From: Ramlibacter sp.
GTDB lineage: Bacteria > Pseudomonadota > Gammaproteobacteria > Burkholderiales > Burkholderiaceae_C
Direction: 5' to 3'
NCBI GenBank assembly: GCA_028292245.1
Contig: JAQGMS010000008.1
Span: forward strand, 21,107 to 85,106
Length of the DNA stretch: 64,000 bases
How positions within the stretch are numbered: position 1 is the stretch's first letter; each line of letters opens with the position of its first letter. Below the pieces are notes generated by a model. That model saw nothing but the letters and a program-made list of their open reading frames with translations, searched no databases and had not been told where the DNA came from. The position numbers and the translations under genes are program-made. Shown here piece after piece: positions 28,797-37,386 of this stretch.

Positions 28797-31700
28797 TTGT
28801 TGTCTAAGTACTTTTGGCACGCGTTACCACGCGTGCTTCGTTTTTTCCAAATCGCCGCTCTGCTGCAGGGCTTAGCAGCTCTCGCGCTGCTCGGGGCCCC
28901 TGCCGTGTCGAGCGCCGCCCTGACCGATTGCGAGGGGATGAGCATCGATGGGCAGGCCAAATGCGTTGCACCGACCTACGCACCCACGCAATTCGGAGCT
29001 TGTTACATCGGCGCGTCCTATCTCTACAAGGACAACGCGATGAATGCCTGCTATTCCGAGTTGGGACTGCCGAATCCGATGCTTTCGGAATCCTCAGCCG
29101 TTGCCCTCGTGGATTGTTACGACAAGAAAATGATGGCGCCCTCAGGAGGCGGAGTGACCGGCTCGGTGTCATGGCTGCCGGTGGGCACTGCATACAACGA
29201 CAACTTCTGCGCAAGTGGCACCGTCCGAGATTTTGAGAGTCACCATCTTTGGGGTGTTGGCACAAAAAGCGGAAGTTACCAGTCCTATGCCATTACCCGC
29301 GCAGAGCCGGCGAGCTGTCCGTCAGGCTACACGGGTGTCAATCAGCTGATCAATGGCGTAAGTACCTTGGTGCGGTGCAAGCCGAATCCTCCGTGCCCGC
29401 CTGACCAAGTAGTGTCGCCCAGCAGGCCAGGGGTATGCGACAAGGTGGTGGTGGTGCCGCCTCCTCCGTGCCCGCATTGCCATGGTGGCAAGGGTTGGAA
29501 GGTGGGCGATCCCATTTATCCGCTCAGCGGCACCGTGTCGGAGCCCCTGGCAACCGGATTCAAGCTCAACGGAGCGGAGCTTGTTTTGAGTTACAACTCA
29601 ATTCGAAAGATGGACGGAGTGCCGGTGCGCTCTCAACCTGCTTTTGGGGCACTGTGGTCCTCCAGCTTGCACAAGACCTTGGGTGTAGGAAGTGGCGGCA
29701 CTGTGCTCACCTTCTTCCGCGGTGACGGAAGAGTCGTGAGTTTTTCGTACAGCGGCAGCACCTATGTTGCCGACGCAAATATCAAGGACAGCGTGGTCGC
29801 CATTTCGGGGGCGTACTACTATGCCGACGCGGCCACCAACCAGCTGGAAACCTACAACTCGACGGGCCAGCTGACGCGTATCGACGGTTTCGACGGCGCC
29901 GTGCTGAGGTTCACCTACAGCGCAGGCGCCAGTGTCAAGGCCCCCACTGCGGGGTATTTGATGCGCGTCGAAGACAACGCTGGGCGCGCGCTGAACTTCA
30001 CCTACATGGTCCCTGCTGGTACTTCGGAGGCGCTGCTGCCCACAAGTGGCCTGATCTCTGGTGTCAGCGATGCCGCCGGACGCAGCCTGGCTATCAGCTA
30101 CGACTCCAACTTGAACCTCACCAGCGTCACGTGGCCGGACACCAAGACCTTGCAATTCCTCTACGAGGACACGGGGCTCCCATGGGCGTTGACCGGACGC
30201 GTCGATGAAAACGGCAGTCGCCACGCGACTTGGTCCTATGACGCACAGGGGCGGGCCATCTCGACGAGCCTGGCGGGTGGCGTGGATGCCTACAGCGTGT
30301 CTTACGGAAGCTCGCCGCAATACACGGTGCAGGAGACAGAAGACACGGTGCTCAACATTCTTTACCGTCGATACCAGACGGTGGCCGCGAGCGGCATCTC
30401 CATCGATGCGCCCAATGGGCAATCGATCAGTTGGGGTTCGGAAAGCGTCCTGGGCATGGCCGTGCCCACAGCGGCCACGCAGCCAGCTGGTTCAGGCTCC
30501 GCGGCCTCTAGCAGCGCACTGGTTCATGACGCCAACGGCAACCTCATCTCGAGCGATGACTTCCAGGGTGTGCGCACGTGCTACGCCTATGACGCGAGCA
30601 ACCGGCAAGTCTTGCGCATCGAAGGCTTGGCCAACACAGTGGCCTGTTCAAGCGTCTTGACACCGGGGCCGACGCTGCCTGCAGGGGCTCGCTTCATCAG
30701 CTCCACGTGGCATCCGGACTGGCGGCTGCCGGTAAAGGTCACTCAGCCGCTGCGCTCCAGCACGACCGTCTATCACGGCCAGCCAGACCCCTTCAATAGC
30801 AACGTCACAGCCAATTGCACTACGGCGCCGGCATTGCCATCGGGCAAGCCCTTGCCAGTGGTGTGCAAGCAAGTCGAGCAAGCCACGACGAACAGCGGCA
30901 CCGCCATTCCAGACAACTTTGTCGACTCGGTGCAACTGCTGCTGCATGGAGAAGGCGCTAACGGCGGCACGTCCATTGTCGACAACTCTCCGAACAATTT
31001 CTCGCCAACAACCCAGACAGGAGTGACGACAGTCACGTCCGACAAGAAGTTTGGCGCCGCGTCGCTGTCGGTGCCGTCCGGTGGGTTGTCCTATACGGGG
31101 AACGCCGCTTTCCTGTACACCGGCGATGTGACGATCGAGGGCTTCTACAAGCTCTCCAGCAATCTAAACGTCGGCTTCCTCAATATCAGGACGACAGAGG
31201 CCGCCGGTAGAGTCGTGGCGTACACCAGTTCGACGGGGACTCTTCGGTTCAACAGGTACGGCTCCGCCGAGGTAACGATCAATTCGAGCACGTCGCTTGT
31301 TCCGGCAGGCACGTGGTTCCACTTCGCCTTCGTTCGTCAAGGTTCGACGATCACCTATTACATCAACGGAGTGAGCGCCGGCTCGACGACCGATGGCGGA
31401 ACATTGGGCAATGGCACCGGCGGCATTGCTGTCGCCAGTGCCATGCCCAGTGGCTCCTTGGTGGATGACTTCCGTGTCACCAAAGGCGTGGCGCGCTACA
31501 CGGCAAACTTCACCGCCCCCACTCAGGAGTTCAGTCACGCCAGCGCCGGCTCAACAGTGGCCACAAGCACCACCCGCTACACCTATGACGTGGCCGGCCA
31601 CCCCTTGTCCAGTGTGGACCCGAACGGAGGCACCACAACTTATGCGTACTACGCGGACACAACCCTGGGTCCCTACGATTGGGATCTCGACTCGGTGCAA

Positions 31701-32783
31701 CTGCTGTTGCATGGTGAGGGGGCCAATGGCGGAACGTCAATTGTCGATAACTCACCGAACAATCTCTCGCCCACGACCCAGGCGGGTGTGACGACAGTTA
31801 CGTCCGACAAGAAGTTCGGCACCGCATCGCTGTCAGTGCCTTCAGGTGGTTTGTCGTATGCAGGTAACGCCGGCTTCCTGATCACGGGCGACGTGACCAT
31901 AGAGGGCTTCTACAAGCTTTCGAGCAATCAAAGCTTGAACTTCTTCACTCTCAAGACAACCGAGGCGGCTGACAGAGTCGTGGCGTACACGAGTTCGACG
32001 GGGACTCTTCGTTTCAACAGGTATGGTTCCGGCGAGGTGACGATCAATTCGAGCACTTCGCTCGTTCCGGTGGGCGCGTGGTTTCATTTCGCGTTCGTGC
32101 GTCAAGGCTCGACGATCACCTATTACATCAATGGCGTAAGCGCCGGCTCGACGGCTGATGGCGGCACCCTAGGCAATGGCACGGGCGGTATTTTTATCGC
32201 CGATGTCGCGCCCAGCGGAACGCTGGTCGATGACTTCCGCGTTACCAAGGGTCTGGCGCGTTACACGGCAAACTTCACCGCCCCCACGCAACAGTTCAGC
32301 CACGCGACCATGAGCAGCACCGCAACCGGGCATATGGCGGGCGATTTGCAAAGCATCACCACTGCGGCGGGGCATGTGACGCAATTCAACCTGTACGATC
32401 AAGCCGGTCGTGTTCGGCAGATGACAGATGCAAAGGGAATTGTCACGGACATCACGTACAAGCCGCGAAGCTGGGTAGAGAGCGTGAGCGTGACACCTTC
32501 CGGGGGCAGCGCGCGGACCGCGACGTACACGTACGACTTTGCTGGCCAAGTCACCGGCGTCGCAATGCCGGACGGCACCACCTTGGGCTACAGCTATGAC
32601 GCGGCGCACCGCCTGACGGGTGTCACCGATGCCCGCGGAAATTCGGTGACCTACATCCTGGACAACGTGGGCAACCGCACCGGGGAGGAGGTTCGCGATT
32701 CGGGCGGCACGCTGCGGCGAAGCATCAGCCGCTCGTTCGACGCGCTCAACCGCTTGCAGCAAGCCACCGGCGCGCCAAGGTGA
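28797..32783 (+). CDS. Rhs/YD-repeat protein, N-terminal half, with signal peptide and two LamG domains
   Basis: Signal ...PAVSSA|; Cys-rich N-terminus; VGDPIYPLSG (DUF6531-like); YD repeats; no Rhs core motif. Confidence 0.88.
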   Translation: MLSKYFWHALPRVLRFFQIAALLQGLAALALLGAPAVSSAALTDCEGMSIDGQAKCVAPTYAPTQFGACYIGASYLYKDNAMNACYSELGLPNPMLSESSAVALVDCYDKKMMAPSGGGVTGSVSWLPVGTAYNDNFCASGTVRDFESHHLWGVGTKSGSYQSYAITRAEPASCPSGYTGVNQLINGVSTLVRCKPNPPCPPDQVVSPSRPGVCDKVVVVPPPPCPHCHGGKGWKVGDPIYPLSGTVSEPLATGFKLNGAELVLSYNSIRKMDGVPVRSQPAFGALWSSSLHKTLGVGSGGTVLTFFRGDGRVVSFSYSGSTYVADANIKDSVVAISGAYYYADAATNQLETYNSTGQLTRIDGFDGAVLRFTYSAGASVKAPTAGYLMRVEDNAGRALNFTYMVPAGTSEALLPTSGLISGVSDAAGRSLAISYDSNLNLTSVTWPDTKTLQFLYEDTGLPWALTGRVDENGSRHATWSYDAQGRAISTSLAGGVDAYSVSYGSSPQYTVQETEDTVLNILYRRYQTVAASGISIDAPNGQSISWGSESVLGMAVPTAATQPAGSGSAASSSALVHDANGNLISSDDFQGVRTCYAYDASNRQVLRIEGLANTVACSSVLTPGPTLPAGARFISSTWHPDWRLPVKVTQPLRSSTTVYHGQPDPFNSNVTANCTTAPALPSGKPLPVVCKQVEQATTNSGTAIPDNFVDSVQLLLHGEGANGGTSIVDNSPNNFSPTTQTGVTTVTSDKKFGAASLSVPSGGLSYTGNAAFLYTGDVTIEGFYKLSSNLNVGFLNIRTTEAAGRVVAYTSSTGTLRFNRYGSAEVTINSSTSLVPAGTWFHFAFVRQGSTITYYINGVSAGSTTDGGTLGNGTGGIAVASAMPSGSLVDDFRVTKGVARYTANFTAPTQEFSHASAGSTVATSTTRYTYDVAGHPLSSVDPNGGTTTYAYYADTTLGPYDWDLDSVQLLLHGEGANGGTSIVDNSPNNLSPTTQAGVTTVTSDKKFGTASLSVPSGGLSYAGNAGFLITGDVTIEGFYKLSSNQSLNFFTLKTTEAADRVVAYTSSTGTLRFNRYGSGEVTINSSTSLVPVGAWFHFAFVRQGSTITYYINGVSAGSTADGGTLGNGTGGIFIADVAPSGTLVDDFRVTKGLARYTANFTAPTQQFSHATMSSTATGHMAGDLQSITTAAGHVTQFNLYDQAGRVRQMTDAKGIVTDITYKPRSWVESVSVTPSGGSARTATYTYDFAGQVTGVAMPDGTTLGYSYDAAHRLTGVTDARGNSVTYILDNVGNRTGEEVRDSGGTLRRSISRSFDALNRLQQATGAPR
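30924..32305 (+). repeat. 617-bp internal direct repeat (30924..31540 and 31689..32305) encoding LamG/ConA-like domains
   Basis: Both copies run DSVQLLLHGEGANGGTS...WFHFAFVR...DDFRVTKG.ARYTANFTAP. Confidence 0.9.
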
Positions 32784-35503
32784 TGGCCGTGAACAAAGTC
32801 ATTCAAATGAAATTCAACTTCGGCAACTTGAGCGGCCTTGAGCGCGCTGCGCAGTGGCTTGCGCGCACGCTGTGCTTGGCTGCCCTGCTGGGCGCTGCTG
32901 GCATTGCGCAGGCGCAGCAGGCCACCGGCACATCGCTGTCATCGAGCAGCAGCTCCACCAGCTACGGCCAGACCATCACGTTGACAGCGACGGTGATCCG
33001 CACCGACACCAGCGCCTCGGTTGGGACGGTGGGCAGCGTGACCTTCAAGGACGGCAGCACGGCGATCGGAACCGGGGCGGTGACATCCGGCACGGCTACG
33101 CTAGTGACCAACAAGCTCGCGGCCGGCAGCCACAGCCTGACAGCCGTGTACGGCGCCAATGCGACATTTGGCACCAGCACTTCGTCGGCGATCACCCAGA
33201 CCGTGAGCGTTTCTTCCAGCACCACCACGCTCATCGTGACACCGAACCCGGCCTCGCTCGGACAGAACGTGACGCTGGTGGCCCACATCGCGGGCCTGAG
33301 CCCCGGCGGAAGCGTCACCTTCAGCGACAGCAGCACGGTGCTGGGCAGCGTCACGGTCAATGCCGGCGCGGCCAGCGTCAGCTTGACCAGCCTGACCCAA
33401 GGCAGCCACAGCTTGAGCGCGGTCTACAGCGGCGATGCGAACCTGGCCACCAGCACCTCCAGCGCAGTAAGTGCCACCGTGGCCATTCGCGCCGACTACA
33501 CCTGGCAGTACGGCTACGATGCCATGGGCCGCATCAACACCATGGTCGATCCCAACGGACAGGCCACGTATGTGTACTACGACAGCCTGGGCCGCCCGAT
33601 CCAGTCCCAGCAGCCGCCCAACACCGGCTCGGGCACGCCCACCGTCACCCAGCTGGGCTGGAACCTGAACGACAGCGTCACCAGCGTGATCGACCCCCGG
33701 GTGCTGACCACCACGTACAGCGTGAACGGTTTGCGCAACGCCACCGCCCAGAGCAGCCCGGACACCAACACCTCCACCTTCACGTACGACGCCAAGGGCA
33801 ATGTGCTGACGAGTATCGACGCGCGCGGCAAGACCACCACCTTCGCCTGGGACAGCATCGACCGCCTCAAAACGCTGACCTTCGCCACGGGCAGCCCGAT
33901 CGCCTTCGAGTACGACGGCGGTGCCAGCCCCACGGCCGCCGAGAAAGGCGAACTCACCAAGATGAGCGACGAGTCGGGCCAGACGACCTACGCCCACGAC
34001 TCGATGGGCCGCCTGGGCACCAAGACGGTGGTCATTGGCAGCAAGACCTTCACCGTGAGCTACGGCTGGGGCAACAGCGGAGCGGCGATGGACAAGCTCA
34101 CCGCCATCACCTATCCCAGCGGCAGCCGGGTCAACTACACATACGACAGCCAGGGCGCGGTGAGCGGCATCACCGTGAACGCGGTGAACGCCAACGGGGT
34201 GGGCTTCAGCGGCAGCGCCACCACAGTCCTGGGCAGCGTCACCTACAACGCCGAGAACAAGGTCACCGGCTGGCTGTGGTCGGACGGCAAGGCCCGCACC
34301 ATCAGCTACGACAGCGGCGGCAACATCGCCAGCTACACGCTGGGCGACCCGACCGGCACGGGCAACAAGGCCGGGGTAGTGCGCACGGTGTTGCGCGATG
34401 CGGCCGGGCGCATCACCGGCTACACCCACACCAACAGCGGCTCGGCGGTGACCAGCCTGGACCAAAGCTTTGGGTATGACAACCTGGACCGGCTGCTCAC
34501 AGCGACCGTCAACGGCGCGAGCACCGGCTACAGCTACGACGACACGGGCAACCGCACCGCCAAGACCGTGGGCGGCTCGACCTACACCACCACGGTGGCG
34601 ATCAGCAGCAACCGGCTCACCCAGGTGCAGGACGTGGGGGGCACGGCAACTATCCAATACGACAGCGCCGGCCATGTAACCAGCGATGGTTCCAACACAT
34701 TCGCGTACAGCGACAGGGGACGGATGGTCACCGCCAGCAACGCAGGCGGCACGGTGACCTATGTGTACAACGGGTTGGAGCAGCGCGCGGGCAAGAGTGG
34801 GGCCGCGACGGCTTACTTCGTCTATGACGAAGGCGGGCAGCTGCTGGGTGAATACGACGCCACGGGCGCGCCGGTCTATGAAACCATCTACCTGGGCTCG
34901 ATGCCGGCAGGGGCGATTAAGCAGACCGGTACGGCCGGAGGGAGCAACATTGCGGTGACGCTGCACAACGTCAGCGCCGATCACATCGACACGGCCAGGC
35001 TCATCACCAAGCAGGACCAGACCATCGTGTGGCGCTGGGATAGCGCGGAGGCGTTCGGGGGGACAGCGCCCGATCAGAACCCCAATAGCCTGGGCACCTT
35101 CACCTTCAACCAGAGGTTCCCGGGGCAGGTGTTTGATTCTGAAACAGGGCTGTTCCAGAACTGGAATCGCGAGTACAACGCCAGGCTGGGGCGATATGTG
35201 CAGCCCGATCCGATAGGATTGGCTGGCGGTCCAAATTTGTATCTTTACGCCGACGCCACCCCGCTCTCGAAGGCCGATCCGAAGGGACTGACTGCGGCTT
35301 CATCGTCTGCGAACATGTCCGTACCGGCCCCTGGTACGAATAGCGGCGCGGATCAATGCGTCGCAGATTGGCGAGGTGATCGCAGGGCTTGCTATCAGAT
35401 GTGCCAGGCACTTGGTCGGGCAATGGGCGGAGCATCAGGGCAGGCGTTCATCGAAACCTGTGTGCTCCGTTGCAACCTCAATCATATTCGTCCAGGAGGC
35501 TGA
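32780..35503 (+). CDS. Rhs/YD-repeat protein, C-terminal half: signal peptide, two Ig-like domains, Rhs core, 70-aa tip
   Basis: AGIAQA|Q; two VTFxDxxTxxG...GSHSLxAVY repeats; RFPGQ..DSETGL...DPIGLAGG..LYLY...DPKGL. Confidence 0.92.
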   Translation: MMAVNKVIQMKFNFGNLSGLERAAQWLARTLCLAALLGAAGIAQAQQATGTSLSSSSSSTSYGQTITLTATVIRTDTSASVGTVGSVTFKDGSTAIGTGAVTSGTATLVTNKLAAGSHSLTAVYGANATFGTSTSSAITQTVSVSSSTTTLIVTPNPASLGQNVTLVAHIAGLSPGGSVTFSDSSTVLGSVTVNAGAASVSLTSLTQGSHSLSAVYSGDANLATSTSSAVSATVAIRADYTWQYGYDAMGRINTMVDPNGQATYVYYDSLGRPIQSQQPPNTGSGTPTVTQLGWNLNDSVTSVIDPRVLTTTYSVNGLRNATAQSSPDTNTSTFTYDAKGNVLTSIDARGKTTTFAWDSIDRLKTLTFATGSPIAFEYDGGASPTAAEKGELTKMSDESGQTTYAHDSMGRLGTKTVVIGSKTFTVSYGWGNSGAAMDKLTAITYPSGSRVNYTYDSQGAVSGITVNAVNANGVGFSGSATTVLGSVTYNAENKVTGWLWSDGKARTISYDSGGNIASYTLGDPTGTGNKAGVVRTVLRDAAGRITGYTHTNSGSAVTSLDQSFGYDNLDRLLTATVNGASTGYSYDDTGNRTAKTVGGSTYTTTVAISSNRLTQVQDVGGTATIQYDSAGHVTSDGSNTFAYSDRGRMVTASNAGGTVTYVYNGLEQRAGKSGAATAYFVYDEGGQLLGEYDATGAPVYETIYLGSMPAGAIKQTGTAGGSNIAVTLHNVSADHIDTARLITKQDQTIVWRWDSAEAFGGTAPDQNPNSLGTFTFNQRFPGQVFDSETGLFQNWNREYNARLGRYVQPDPIGLAGGPNLYLYADATPLSKADPKGLTAASSSANMSVPAPGTNSGADQCVADWRGDRRACYQMCQALGRAMGGASGQAFIETCVLRCNLNHIRPGG

Positions 35504-35506
35504 ACC

Positions 35507-35902
35507 ATGGAACTTCCCTTTGAACCTATTGCACGACGCGATCTAAAGTTTGTTTCCCTCAACACTACGCTTGAGATCACGTTGGCATTGAGCGCTCCAT
35601 ATCGACCGTCGGCGAGTCCTTCGCTAGGCCCGGTCGCGTGCAAGGTCTTGGATAGTGATGACCCGGAGTTTGTTCGTGAGATCTGCGGGCAGGATGAGTT
35701 TGAAGTTCTGGAAATGGCTTTGATCCACTTCCGCAACTACATCCGCATGCTCATTGAAAGTGGGGCGGGGACGCTCTTGAACAAGGATGGCACACCGTTT
35801 GTGCCTTCCACCAATGTGGGCATCTACGCTAGCTTTCTTGAGAACTCGTCTGCAAAGGTCACCCAGGCGATTCATGATCGAATGGGAAAGCCGACTCCCT
35901 GA
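35507..35902 (+). CDS. Putative immunity protein
   Basis: 3 bp after the Rhs stop, AGGAGG RBS, lower GC; resembles DUF6968-type proteins from memory (unverified). Confidence 0.6.
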   Translation: MELPFEPIARRDLKFVSLNTTLEITLALSAPYRPSASPSLGPVACKVLDSDDPEFVREICGQDEFEVLEMALIHFRNYIRMLIESGAGTLLNKDGTPFVPSTNVGIYASFLENSSAKVTQAIHDRMGKPTP

Positions 35903-36453
35903 GGGAGCATCGAAGACGCAGAGCAAGTTAAAAGCTGGCAGCACGAGCGGGCTCTCGAAACCAGTCTGCACGCGGCCCGAGCGCGGCACCGCAGCGTGCG
36001 CGCCGCCTACGCTGCGGCACGTCGACCCTTGATCCATCACCCAAAGAAAAGCCGCCTGCAACTTCTCTTAGCCGCTAAACGCTGGGAGTTCAAAGGCGGC
36101 GCATGCCGCGGCCGATCAGCGTTGAGCTAGCACCGTATCGAGCATCTCGCTTACAAAGCGCTGGCGGGCTCGCGGCAGCTTGATATCGCCTCAACGCCGG
36201 AGGCTACGCTTAGCCTAGATGAGTCACCTGGCGCTTGAACATGGGATGTGGGGACTTTGGCAGTGGGCAGGAGTAGCTCCACGAAATACCTCAAAGTTCG
36301 ACGCGTGCTCGATGGGGTCACAACATTGTCAAGGGTGAGAAAGTTGCCATTCAGGTATGTGGATAGCCAAAACCCCAAGAAATAAGGGCCACGGAATTTT
36401 CCGCGGCCCTCATTTCTTGTTCGCCCGATGCGACACCCACAAGGGAGTCGAAC

Positions 36454-37026
36454 CTATGCCCGCGTAGGAGGCCTTCCGCCAGAAATTCTCTGTAGCTTAT
36501 TCTGTAGTGCAGCAATCTCGTCTACAAGGCTGCCAACATTGATTTCTTGATCCAAAACTCTGAGTACATCTTCGTCGGTGAAGTACGCCATGAACACATG
36601 CAGGGGTGGATCACCTGGTGCAGGCACAGGTCGTGGGCCAACAATTTGAGGTATGACATAGCCAACAACGGGCTGCTGAAAATATTTATCCAACCTCTCA
36701 TCAAAGTGTTCGAGATTATTTCGGAGTGCGCGGCTGTGCAGTGCGTTGCTGTCATTCATTTGGAATACATCACGCAGATACTTGCCACGAGCCTGGTGCA
36801 AGACATTCTTGCCGGCGGGCCAAAAGTATCTGGAAATTGCCGCGGCGTGAGTTACAAGACGCTGAAGTGACGTGAGGAAGCCCATGTGGTCATACGGCTC
36901 TCCGCGATTACTCTTCTCCACTTCTTTGCCGGCGGCCTCGTATACGCGTAATGCGGCGATACATTCCGAGGACAGGGCTTCGCGATAGAAAGTTTCGAAC
37001 ATCGGCTCAATGGGTGGTCGTTCCAT
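36454..37026 (-). CDS. Hypothetical protein (low GC, HEPN-like RxxxxH)
   Basis: 190-aa ORF containing LRNNLEH. Confidence 0.65.
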   Translation of the reverse strand: MERPPIEPMFETFYREALSSECIAALRVYEAAGKEVEKSNRGEPYDHMGFLTSLQRLVTHAAAISRYFWPAGKNVLHQARGKYLRDVFQMNDSNALHSRALRNNLEHFDERLDKYFQQPVVGYVIPQIVGPRPVPAPGDPPLHVFMAYFTDEDVLRVLDQEINVGSLVDEIAALQNKLQRISGGRPPTRA

Positions 37027-37105
37027 ATCTTCAATTTACCACCCATCATGCAAATGTCTAGCGTAGTGTGAGTCCACCTGGCCGCTAACAGCCAGCACAT
37101 TCACC

Positions 37106-37324
37106 ATGACCAATGACATCTGTGGCTCAGAAGAAGCCAAGTGGAAACTCACCACGCTCTTCAGATCCTTCTACCCCGCTTACACCGATGAGGACATTGA
37201 GTTCCTCACTCTTGGATTCAGGAGCATTCTTCTTAAGCTGCTCTTGATTACCGCAGATCAAATCAAGGAGAAATCATCCTTCCCCACGACCTGCGTTTCT
37301 ACAACGAAACGGAAGAAGAGATAG
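37106..37324 (+). CDS. Small protein, paralog of 39004..39198
   Basis: Shared pattern R..(F/Y)P..(S/T)(D/E).D(I/L)..L..GF.SIL.KL. Confidence 0.55.
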   Translation: MTNDICGSEEAKWKLTTLFRSFYPAYTDEDIEFLTLGFRSILLKLLLITADQIKEKSSFPTTCVSTTKRKKR

Positions 37325-37386
37325 CAGAGATATCCTTGGAGCTTGCAGCACGCAGCAAGACATACGAAACCAAACCAAAGCCAACA

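Noticed and set aside
32780-32783. Rhs split as a sequencing frameshift or pseudogene
   Set aside because: The second ORF begins with its own signal peptide and Ig domains, which is inconsistent with a broken single gene.
33101-34984. 627-aa antisense ORF (and the 541-aa alternate-frame ORF at 32854)
   Set aside because: High-GC3 shadows of the Rhs gene.
36151-36378. Possible orphan Rhs tip or small gene
   Set aside because: No Rhs core motif, RBS or recognisable pattern.
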